Positions 23,001 through 31,904 of a stretch of 51,077 bases of DNA are shown here, piece after piece (position 1 is the stretch's first letter; each line of letters begins with the position of its first letter). The notes below the pieces were generated by a model. The model did not search any database, was not told the DNA's origin, and saw nothing but the letters and a program-made list of their open reading frames with translations. Both the position numbers and the translations under genes were made by a program. The stretch is from positions 2,790,001 through 2,841,077 of the forward strand of contig OZ287072.1 of NCBI GenBank assembly GCA_965645245.1, given 5' to 3'. This DNA comes from Massalongia carnosa. Taxonomy: Eukaryota.

Positions 23001-23855
23001 AACTACGAACAAGACGACTGGGCGCGCCTGCTTCCGATGGCTGAGTTCGCGTACAACAATGCGAAAAACGCGAGTACTGGGCATACGCCGTTCGAGCTCA
23101 ACTGTGGCTACCACCCCCGTGTCTCGTATGAGGAAGACATCGACCCCCGTTCCAGGTCCAAGTCAGCAAATGAACTAGCTGCAGAACTAAAGGACTTGAT
23201 GGCTATCTGTAAGGAAAACCTTCAGCACGCACAAGAATGGCAGACAAAGGCCCACAACAAAGGAACCAAGCCACGGAGCTATGCACCTGGCGACAAAGTT
23301 TGGTTGAACAGCAAGTATATTAAAACCAAACGCAATCGCAAGCTAGAGGCTAAGTTCTTTGGGCCATTCCGTGTCTTGCAACCAATGGGCAAGCAAGCCT
23401 ACAAGCTGGAGCTTCCAAAGCGGTGGCGCATCCATGATGTCTTTCATGTATCACTGCTGGAGCAGGACACCACAAGGAAGGGGCGGGTGGACGAGAAGAT
23501 CGCGGAACAGCTGGAATTCGAAGCTGGTAACGATGAGGAATACGAGGTTGAAGGCATTTTGGATAGCGCGGTCTATGCCAAGGAGTCAGAAGCTGGCCAC
23601 CTACCAGGCCTCTACTATCTGGTCTCCTGGAAGGGCTATCCAGAGGATGAAAGTACGTGGGAACCGGCGGCAGCGATCAAACACTTACGGAAGATCGTCA
23701 AAGCCTACCATGAGGGTAACCCCACCAAGCCGACAGCAACCTCTCCTCCTATTGACACCGCACCGCCAATGGCTAAGCCGGCCGTTAAGCCTCAAGGCAA
23801 GAGGAAACGCGGCCGACAAGCTACCAGCACTGGGAGCAAGAAGGCGAAGAAGTAG
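19995..23855 (+). CDS. pol: Gypsy-2 Pol (PR-RT-RH-IN-chromodomain), probably via -1 frameshift
   Basis: ORF 19938-23855 lies in the -1 frame. LIDSGS, LRLCVDYR, YLDD, ETDASG, HDDPLAGHFG...C..C, SDRG, GQTER, GPF, EEYEVEGILD...YLVSWKGYP...TWEP. Confidence 0.95.
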   Translation, partial: KKLVSVLATSAPMTETSKEANLERVPCIRYPVRLRKDQDEVEALIDSGSEVNAMHPAYAAKLGLRVRETDVGAQKIDGSHLDTFGMVIAGFSVEDKLGKVRFFQETFLLANISLEVVLGMPFLTLSSVDIRFPERELAWRTYTAAEALPTTRRVEIIDKEEFAETVLGGDDEAYVVHVMAVSKPSSMPIHASRQAQVASLVSEEANIPVEYSDFSDVFSPDSAAELPEHTGFNDHPIDLVDGKQPPYGPIYSLGPMELETLKTYIETNLASGFIRPSQSPAGAPILFIRKKDGSLRLCVDYRGLNTLTIKNRYPLPLIGESLDRLGRAKRFTQLDLTNAYHRMRIREGDEWKTAFRTRYGHFEYQVMPFGLSNAPASFQGYINKILAEKLDVFVIVYLDDILIYTEDVGQGHVEAVKWVLENLRKNGLFANLKKCRFHQDEVRFLGYVVSGQGIRMEEERIEAVTNWPEPKSVRDVQVFMGFANFYRRFIRGFSKIAAPLTSMLKTNLVANTGPSPKARCGEEECCFLTPAAKLAFAQLKQAFTEAPILRHFDPERHIRLETDASGYAIGGVLSQLDIETGQWHPVAYFSRKMIPAETRYETHDGELLAIVEAFKNWRHYLEGCKHEVLVLTDHNNLRRFMDTKSLSPRQVRWAQELSRYNFRIDYRQGKANGAADALSRYPQRSQGEEEVLRAENTRILHRLQSSLTSASISGITSTQHLTPPHHIIICGTHVFPQLRQFWDTLRQDLTSEGPYKVSIGGMRLRLQELQEEDTQAQTIRAEKLGKDGWEDTEGILHYQSLPYVPEILRTELISRHHDDPLAGHFGIEKTRELIARKYFWETLRRDVESYVKGCDVCLSSKAVRHKPYGDLQSLPVPTHRWKDLSMDFVTGLPESADWKRDSYDSILVIVDRLTKMVHYEPVLTTITAPLLAEVIIDVVVRHHGLPDSIVSDRGSVFTSKFWSSLCYFLGIKRRLSTAFHPQTDGQTERQNSTMEAYLRAFVNYEQDDWARLLPMAEFAYNNAKNASTGHTPFELNCGYHPRVSYEEDIDPRSRSKSANELAAELKDLMAICKENLQHAQEWQTKAHNKGTKPRSYAPGDKVWLNSKYIKTKRNRKLEAKFFGPFRVLQPMGKQAYKLELPKRWRIHDVFHVSLLEQDTTRKGRVDEKIAEQLEFEAGNDEEYEVEGILDSAVYAKESEAGHLPGLYYLVSWKGYPEDESTWEPAAAIKHLRKIVKAYHEGNPTKPTATSPPIDTAPPMAKPAVKPQGKRKRGRQATSTGSKKAKK

Positions 23856-23895
23856 AAGCCTCGGGGTTTCTCTCCTGCCACTTGCTATGGAATCT

Positions 23896-24137
23896 AGGAT
23901 CGGTTTTCCCTTCGTTTTCCCGTTATCTTATCAGGGTTTAAGGGTTTTTCATCGATCTTGAGAAGTCGGTTTTCCCTACGTTCTCCCGTTGTCTTATCAG
24001 GGTTTTAGGGTTTTTCATCGATTTCGATAAAGTCGGTTTTCCTCCTCAGTTCCCACTGGGTTAGGAGGTTTTTCATTGACTTCGGAGGCCGGTTTTCCTC
24101 CTTGCTATCATACAAGGAAGGAGGTTTTTCACCGCCT
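23896..24137 (+). other. Array of four ENE-like (U-rich internal loop) RNA hairpins in the Gypsy-2 3' UTR
   Basis: Four units of stem-CGG-TTTT-CC(C/T)...(G/A)GG-TTTTT-CA-stem at 23896-23959, 23962-24025, 24030-24082 and 24086-24137; paired arms covary (CCCTT/AAGGG vs CCCTA/TAGGG). Confidence 0.75.
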
Positions 24138-25924
24138 GCCATACACATCATACCACCCACCTAACGTGTCGTTATTATCCAGTACACGCTCGGCGGAGCT
24201 CGCGTCCTAGAGGGGAGGCAATTGTAATACGGATGGCGCTAGAGGGATACGTGATCGCCTATGGCGGTTGCGGGATTAACTAGCGTGGACCATGTCGTAG
24301 TACGAAGTCGCATAAGCCGTCGAGGCTGACACACTGCCATCTTGCCCCGAAACTTCGGAGTTATTGTTATCACGTTCTTGACTACTTACAGATCAAACAC
24401 CTGTCGAGGCCGTGGTGGTAGATTGCCATGGAGTGTAAGGCGGACTCCTGTGGAGACGCCAAGGAACTCTATATGGGATCTACTGCCCTACTCGGAGCTA
24501 CTGGATCTCTTGATGGATCAAGAGAGGTAGCAGGAGGCACGGCTCGCTGGACGCAGCTTGAGCTAGGCTCCCTGGTGTAAACTTCAGCTTCAACCTTTAT
24601 TACTACGTTGGTAGTGATGTCGGCTGAATGAACCTACATGACCTCGTTGTCTAGACCTTGTGTTTAGAGGCAGGTCCGCAGTGTAGCGAGGTATTCAGTC
24701 GGAGGTAACCTTCCATCACTAGGTAGTGGTGACGGCGAAATGAAGCTACATAGCCTGAGGCATGTAGTGAGGGATCTAGCCGGGGGTAGAATTGTTCTAC
24801 CTTGCAAGGGAAGGTCTAGAAGGCTGCTCGAGGCTGACTAGATGATCCAGCGAACGCCGAGTTCGTGGATGGATCCTGAGGGATGGTTGGATGTAATGCG
24901 ATAAAGTCGGATGTGGATTGCAAGGCTGTAATGCTCGCAAGACTCCCAAGGCTTGCAAGGCTCCTAAGGTTCCAAGGCTCCCAAGGCTATAGGCTTGGGG
25001 TGAGTAGGATAAATATCAGAACGAATCTTGTAGTATTCGTTAGCAATTAGTCTTTATTCTATGAACAACCTACGTTTGGGTCTCGGACGAGATCTCTTGG
25101 TCCAAGCACTTCCACATCCATTAGTTCTTTGGATCACATATACTCTCGGAGACTAGCACGTAGTAGCTATCTTCCTCCTCTCACGCTGAGCATTTCCCCT
25201 TTCGAGATCAGTGTCGCTCGTGATAAGCTTACTGGTCTCGTAGCCCATTACACTCCCCTTGTGGAACGAATCTAGCTCCCTCTTACTCCATTTCCCTTAA
25301 GCACGTAGTTCTTTCTTATGTCTTTTGTTGTCCTGCTTTGTAGCCTCATTAAACCCATAACCATCTCTCGAAACGTAGCTTTTGTGAGTGTATGGGTGGA
25401 TGGGAAGAGTACTATGGACGTGTTTTGTTGATGGCCTGAGCAGGGCTTTTCTCGATGTCTCTGTTAGACATTATCCCGAAGACCATTGACGTTGGTGGCC
25501 TGATCGCAGGGCTTTTATCTCCCCTTGCTGATCTGACCAGTAATGCAAGATGTGAAGTCTTCGAGGCACCGCCCATTGTAGATGTCCTTCTCAGCACGTT
25601 TCGTACGTACACCACTTTCGATGACGTTTCCGCTTCGTTTCCGCTTCGTTTCTCATCCCTTTCGATGTCGTTTCCGCTTCGTTTTCGCGCTTTCCACGTC
25701 TGAACTTTCACCTCATCATCTTCTTGATACGACATGATAGTATGTAGTCTATGCATGAAGGATGCCGTCGGAGGGGCGCAAAGCACAAACCCGAGACTCA
25801 TAACCTGTTAAATAAACAGTTGACGGCATAATGTTGAAATTACTAAGGAGGTGACTGCTTATAGCAGTCATGGCAGCCTGCAGGGCTGAGCTAGAACAAA
25901 TGAGGCTAAGCGAGTATTACAACA

Positions 25925-26700
25925 CCTTCTCGTATCCTTCCAATGCTCGCCGGTGCATCGCTTCCGCCTCTTCGTACTTGCCCTGGCTCGACAACACCGA
26001 CCCAAGCTGGCTGACACTGGTGAGCGTGTCTGGGTGCTCTGGCCCAAGTACCTTCTCAGATCCTTTCGAATCTCGTCGGTGCATCGCTTCCGCCTCTTCG
26101 TACTTGCCCTGCCTCGACAACACCGACCCAAGCTGGCTGACACTGGTGAGCGTGTTTGGGTGCTCTGGCCCAAGTACCTTCTCAGATCCTTTTTTTCAAA
26201 TCTCGTCGGTGCATCTCTTCCGCCTCTTCGTACTTGCCCTGCCTCGACAACACCGACCCAAGCTGGCTGACACTGGTGAGCGTGTGTGGGTGCTCTAGCC
26301 CAAGTACCTTCTCCCTTCCTTCCAATACTTGCCGCTCCATCGCTTCCGCCTCTTCGTACTTGCCCTGGCTCGACAACACCGACCCAAGCTGGCTGACACT
26401 GGTGAGCGTGTCTGGGTGCTCTGGCCAAAGTACCTTCTCCCTTCCTTCCAATGCTCGCCGGTGCATCGCTTCCGCCTCTTCGTACTTGCCCTGGCTCTCA
26501 AACAACGACCCAAGCTGGTTGACACTGGTGAGCGTGTGTGGGTGCTCTGGCCCAAGTACCTTCTCCCTTCCTTCCAACGCTCGCCGGTGCATCGCTTCCG
26601 CCTCTTCGTACTTGGCCTGGCTCTCAAACAACCACCCAAGATGGCTGACACTGGTGAGCGTGTCTGGGTGCTCTGGCCCAAGTACCCTCTCTCTTGCTTC
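25925..26700 (-). repeat. High-identity 126-bp tandem repeats encoding TPR units
   Basis: About six near-identical 126-nt units, plus one more at 17373-17508; variation concentrated at a few codons (S/R/E, AL/DL/VL, R/S/Y, D/H/N). Confidence 0.92.
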
Positions 26701-29630
26701 GACTGACATTCGAACAACTTTCTCCGCCGTTCGGTACTCACCTCTAAGGAGTAAGTACCATCCTAAGTTTGAAGCAACCTGTGCCTGATTTGTCACGTCC
26801 ACCTCATCTTCTGTTCCATGGCCAATAGCTTCTCTTGCGTGGGGAAGGAGTACTTGACAATCCGCCCACGTCTTATAGTCTCCGTTGGGGAATGCTGCGG
26901 CTAGAACTCTTATCGACTCCTTTGTCCATTTGCTTAGCTGCTTGGCCGCCTCGAGCCACTTTCTCATGGATAGCTGCACTAGACGGTGCATCTCAAATGA
27001 CTGCTTTCCGATCTCGGCCCGCACAAGGGAGAAGCTTAGCAACGGCGCCAGAGCGTCGTCAAAGTCGAGTCGACTGGTGCTGTTCCGCAGTAGGGCTATT
27101 GGAATTCCCTGCCTATCGAACATGCTCATCAATGCAAGCAAATCTGCAGCTGGCTGCTCCGTCTTCTGGATCTGAGTGAACGAGATCTGCCACGTCGCGA
27201 TAACCGCATGCCGTATGCTGTAGTTTCGCCGAAGGTCCTTTAGAACGTTCTTGCCTAGGAGACGCACCTGATTGGCCTCGCTCTCACGGAACAGCTCAAG
27301 GTAATCGGACATGGTTGTCGTGGATGCTCTTGTCTTGATGTACGCCGCAGCGTGTGTAATTGCAAGAGGTATGCGTTCTAGAGCCCGGACAAGCGCCTTC
27401 GCATCCGCTCTACTAGACTCGCTAAATGGTAGCCGTGTGTTGAGCAGCGCTAGAGCGTCCTCTTCATCCATTGGCTCCACCTTGACAACTCTGCCATGCG
27501 GCTCAACGAGATTTTGTGCCGCAGTTTCGTTCCTCGAGGTGATGAGAATCGTTCCGTTCGGCGTTTGAGGAATGAAGCTTTCAAGCGGCCTGGTGTGGCT
27601 GGGGATGGCGCTCTTCTCCGCAATACCGACGTTATCTTCGTCGGCGGCAAAGAAAACCTCATCGTCGTCGGCATTGTCGATTACCATAAGCCATCGGCCG
27701 TTTCTCTCATCGCCGAGCCAGTCATATATGAGTTGGAGGATATCAGCCTTTGCTTCATCGCGGCTGGGGAGTTCGACCTTGGTAGCGATGTCTCTGTAAG
27801 CTTGCTCAAATCTGTTGGCGTTGCTCGCATGCACCCAAAACACCCAGGTTTGCGGAGTCGACTCTCTGACTCTGTACGCATACTCGATAGCGATCTGGGA
27901 CTTCCTAGTACGAACATGAGCATTACCTCTCACAGCACAATGTATGGAAATGCATACCCTACGCCTGCTAGACCGCTCAGGGCCACTCGACCGTGATCAG
28001 GCAAGGCTGCTTGTTCAAGCTTCTTGCTTATTGTTGCAAGAATGCCCTCTCGGCCCACGAACGCGCTATCTCTCTGGAAGGGGACCGTGGAACAAGGCTT
28101 GGGTCTGTTTTGCGCTCGCACTAGAACTCGGCCGTTATTACCCAGAAGCAAGCATAAGGACGGTTAAACAAGGACTAATCTTGATGTGATCTAGCATAGA
28201 ATAGAAGGCTACGTACAAAATCGAGCCGCAACCACACTCGGTGCATCCTGCTCAAACTGTTTAAGCTTGTCCCGCGCACTGGTATACCCTCGATTATTCC
28301 TGTTATCAAACTTGACAATCATCGAGTGATCGGAGTCTAGAGGGATCTTTTCCTCCATGGAATCTGGCAGCTGAAGAAGGGCCGAGTCGATATCTACTGT
28401 CGTGATGAAGTCGCCAGTCCTTCTCCAGCATTTGCTTTCGCGGTCCTGTTGCCAAAATATCAATGGTCTATTATAATCTTATCCTAGAGGATCATACAAA
28501 CTCAAGCTGCCTAGTCTGCCCCGTCTCGTAGAAGCTTACCACCTTCCGGTCTCGGATGAGATTCTTGAAATCTGCTAGCTGAAACGCTAGCGAGTCAGAC
28601 TTAGATCGGATCTGCTGAAGTAGTGCACTTCGCGGGTGATTGTCCTGCCCAGCCAGCATCTTCTGGATATTATCTACCACGAGCCCCTTGTGTGGAATCC
28701 CAAACAGAAGCATGCCGTACGTAGCTCTGTAGAGGGTTGCTATCGTTGGATGATCATCTTCGTTGGCCTGAACCGCCTTGACAAGGCACTATGCTGCTGC
28801 TTAGCCTTAGGCATATAGCTGTCACAGCAGACGACCTACGTGAGCAAGTATAATACCACCAAAGCTGTGCGCGATAAAGAAGAGCGGCCGCTGTCTCAGC
28901 TAGCGCATCGCAGCCATCAGCTTCATGCTTCCGCTCGCGATGGTACATTGTAACAGCCGCTTACCTCTTCAGTGTTCCGCACCTTCTTGAGCTCTTCTTC
29001 CAGCTCCCGGCCGTAGTCCATAATTGTGTCGATCCCATGGCTTGACAGCTTGGAGTTGTAGCCATAGATCATCGTGCGGCAGCATGGCAGGTCCTTGGAC
29101 AGGAAGTGGTGCAGCCACATTCGCCCGAGGTTTCCCTTTCCCCTCCATGACCCGTATGCGTGTCCGTCAAGGCCGGTGATTGCAATTATACTGAGACGTG
29201 GTAGATTAGCAGTGAGCAGTAAGAAAGCTGTCAGGAATAACGGACACAGGCTACACATTCAGATAAGTGCTACGTACTCTGCGGCAACCGGCGCATCTGA
29301 CTTTGGCGCGTACAGTTGAGTGAATCCGAAGAAGTGGCAGTCAAAGCTAATGTCCGTGTCCGCCATCTCAACCTGCCAATCTCCCAGCAGGTTGGCTGTC
29401 AGCTCGGACAGGAAGCTAGGCACCCCGCCGTGGAACTCCACCAGCGCGACCCTTTCCTGCTCATTTTCGTAGCAAGAGGGTACAATAGCTGCACTTATAT
29501 CTAGCTTCGAGTGTTCTTCTTCCGACAGCTTGTTGTTGATGGCATCCCTCAGCGTTATTTTCAGTTCGTCGTCAGACTGCGAGGCTGCGAGACCGGTGAC
29601 GCGGAAAACGGTGCCCTTCTTCGTGGCCAT
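25925..29630 (-). pseudogene. Fungal NLR-like gene: N-terminal SesB-like alpha/beta hydrolase, NB-ARC, 42-aa TPR repeats; disrupted
   Basis: Spliced exons give DIIAITGLDGHAYGSW...MIYGYNS, RPLFFIAHSFGGII (nucleophile elbow), LFGIPHKG, DSDHSMIVKF; P-loop GLAGVG|KSQ split by an intron; WLMVIDNADD, ILITSR, IPLAI, MHRLV; TPR GPEHPDTLTSV. A +4 homopolymer frameshift at 26190-26196 and the LTR element inserted at 25924 disrupt it. Confidence 0.9.
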
Positions 29631-30180
29631 CCAGTTTAAGGGCTAATCATCGAGCGCAGCTGTCACCAAGCGTCTTTGAGCGGCGGATCGATAGCGGGCC
29701 GGCGAGGGTCGGTTCAGCAGTGAAGCGCTAAACAGAGAGCGGCAACTCGCCTCGCGATGGTCCCCTGCAGGGCTGAGCTGACATGATAGCCACACCCAAA
29801 TTAGTATGGCGTGGCCCCTCTCCCGGCACTATTACTTAAGCAACGTATGAATTTCAATTAGTGCCCAGTCTTTGTACTCTATAAATACAAGGAAGAACAC
29901 AACCCAATTGACTAATTGCACCATATTTTCCATTTTAAACTTCATCCCCTTCGCCATCTTCTTAACTGTCTCTTTCTTCTAGCCTACACCACTATATCTG
30001 CATAACGTTACCTAATGATTACGGTTGTATCCTTATATAACGTTGGGTAATGTTTTCTATCAATGTTTTACCACCACGAGGGATACTGGTTACTAGGTTT
30101 TTATTCCTTAAAAGGTTTTCCTATGTACAATAGTCATATAGAACCCCGCCCGTATGGGCCGGCCTTCGGCCAGTGACATA

Positions 30181-30270
30181 TACGCCGCGGAATGGGTTGG
30201 GTTGGGTTATTAAAATGAGAACCCAACCCAATGGGTTTTGGGTTGGGTTGGGTTATCGTTGGGTTACCCA
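30181..30270 (+). repeat. Terminal segment of a GGGTT-rich DNA transposon (same TIR as the 30826-30987 MITE)
   Basis: Starts TACGCCGCGGAATGGGTTGGGTT, followed by GGGTT/AACCC subterminal repeats; matches 45798-45876. Confidence 0.65.
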
Positions 30271-30278
30271 ATAGAAAA

Positions 30279-30353
30279 GGGTACTGATATATGGACACCC
30301 CATCCACTACCTAGACTCTAGGTAGCGGATAGGGTGTCCATATATCAGTACCC
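30279..30353. mobile_element. 75-bp mini-element made only of two fused TIRs (derivative of the MULE at 45877)
   Basis: GGGTACTGATATATGGACACCC...CTAGACTCTAG...GGGTGTCCATATATCAGTACCC near-palindrome with 8-bp TSD ATAGAAAA (30271-30278 / 30354-30361); the left arm matches the MULE terminus at 45877. Confidence 0.8.
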
Positions 30354-30715
30354 ATAGAAAAAATCTGCGAGTGTAAATGATGATTACTAGCATGACTACC
30401 ACAAAACACGAATGCAATATTTATCACATGAGTTAGGATTTTCAATCATTTTATATTTATTTTAATGACTAGCATAAAGTAAAATGTAGATTATAGTTAA
30501 ATTGTATATCAAGTAGGGTGGAGAGAAGACTGCATGAAGGTGTGTTCTGTTGAGATCTGTCTACATGCTATTATATACTGCCTAGCGCGCCAAGGCTCAC
30601 AGGGCTGCGCTACACCCGCAAAGGGGTTGGAGGATAATTTAACAATTATAGATAAAACATTTATTTCGTTGACGTCGAACTACCATAAAGAGTATCACAA
30701 ATTCAAATGCTATCT

Positions 30716-31904
30716 TGTCAGGCGCTTGGAGGTCACATGACCCACGAACCCCTATGAGATATCCCTCAGTTAGCTAGCCTAGACCTCCTATAGATCGATA
30801 TACACCACTCCTTTTCACCCATAATTACGCCGCGGAATGGGTTGGGTTTTGCTACAGTTGGGTAACCCAAGTTACTAATATTAGTATACTTTTAAGGGTT
30901 TAACTCTATGTATAGTATACTAGTATACTAAATATAGTTGTTTGGGTTGGGTTTTCAAGGTCAGAACCCAACCCATTCCGCAGCGTACGCATAATCCACA
31001 TTAGCCCATACAGCTTGCTATTTATGAGCCCGGTGAGCATAGAAGCTTCAAATTCCTTCTCATTGATCTAGTTGAATAAAACCCTCTTCCCAAAAGGATC
31101 CAACAAAACGATCAAAATGGAGGAGACCAACAAAGCAACGATGATCGCCCTAACTCCCAAGAATTATTATCTATGGATTAGGGAATTACAAGGAATGTCC
31201 GAGAAAGCGAAGGTATGGCAATATGTGGACCCCAATAGTTCAAAACCGGAGCCAGAAGAGGGAGAATATCCGGAAGTTTCACAATATCCAGTCCCTATTC
31301 AAGCACAGCCAGCAGGGGGAATTGCTTACCCTAATATAAAAGATGGATTTGTAATAGCCACCAAATCGGCTGAGAAATACGGCGATTTATCAGCTGAGCA
31401 AAAGGAGGACTATAAAATAGAGATATCAGCCTATAAGATAAGGGAAAAACAGGTGGAGAAGGTCGCCCAAGGACTCAGAATAGTGGACAATGCACTAATG
31501 AGCTCCACACGAGCATAGATCCCCCCCAATAAGATGGCTTCATCGGTTAGGGAAATAGTGGAAATTCTGGCTGCAAGATATAAGCGGTCAGATGACCAAG
31601 TCAAAGAGCAATTGCATGAGCAATTTCTAGCCCTAAAAACCCCGCCCATTTAAGATAAAATAGAGGCATGGGTAGCTGATTGGGAGAATATTAAGGGACA
31701 AATTATTGAGCTCAATGTAACAGGCCTATCTGTCTCCGAGACCATATTCATCAATGAATATCTCCAATCAGGGAAGAAATGGGCGCCAAATTTCTGTGAA
31801 AACTGGGTAATGCAGCATAGGGCTGCTAAGACGACGGTTGAATTTTACGAGACAACCAGGGAATATCGTATAGCGGTGGAATCATTCCTGAAAGAGACAA
31901 AATC
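30716..31904 (+). mobile_element. Ty1/Copia 5' remnant 'Copia-B' (probable LTR, PBS, partial gag)
   Basis: TGTCAGG start at 30716 (tentative); PBS TTATGAGCCC at ~31022; gag-like reading NYYLWIRELQ...VWQYVDP from 31072 with a TAG at 31516-31518; cut at 31904 by the Copia-A LTR. Confidence 0.7.
30826..30987. mobile_element. 162-bp MITE (hAT-like 8-bp TSD) inserted in the Copia-B LTR region
   Basis: TIRs TACGCCGCGGAATGGGTTGGGTT / AACCCAACCCATTCCGCAGCGTA; flanks CCCATAAT / CGCATAAT (7 of 8 match); AT-rich palindromic core. Confidence 0.8.

Larger units (their letters stand above)
17733..25252 (+). mobile_element. Ty3/Gypsy chromovirus 'Gypsy-2', intact, 1030-bp LTRs
   Basis: LTRs TGTAATAC...CATTACA at 17733-18762 and 24223-25252, no differences seen by eye; perfect TSD CTCCC; PPT AGAGGGGAGG; uninterrupted gag and pol. 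Confidence 0.97.
17509..25924 (-). mobile_element. Non-autonomous Copia-type mini LTR element (TRIM-like), ~0.9 kb without the nested Gypsy-2
   Basis: 119-bp direct repeats TGTTAAAT...CAACA at 17509-17627 and 25806-25924 (5 differences); TSD CCTTC (17504-17508 / 25925-25929). On the minus strand: PBS GGTTATGAGTCT (25794-25805) and PPT AAGGGGAG next to 17627. No pol motifs in the ~650-bp interior. Confidence 0.88.

Noticed and set aside
25925..26700. Regular repeats that could be taken for a CRISPR array
   Set aside because: They are 126-bp in-frame coding repeats (TPR) with no unique spacers, in a eukaryotic context.
25868..27996. Several overlapping alternative-frame and antisense ORFs over the NLR
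   Set aside because: Shadow ORFs of GC-rich repetitive coding sequence; the same applies to short antisense ORFs within the gag/pol genes.
30144..30175. GCCC-GTAT-GGGC / GGCC-TTC-GGCC hairpins followed by CCAGT as a second Helitron 3' end
   Set aside because: The stems are very short and the terminus is CCAG, not CTRR; there is no other support.
30181..30987. GGGTT/AACCC runs (also at 45766-45876) as interstitial telomere remnants
   Set aside because: The unit is GGGTT, occurs in both orientations and is bounded by TIRs and a TSD, so these are transposon subterminal repeats.
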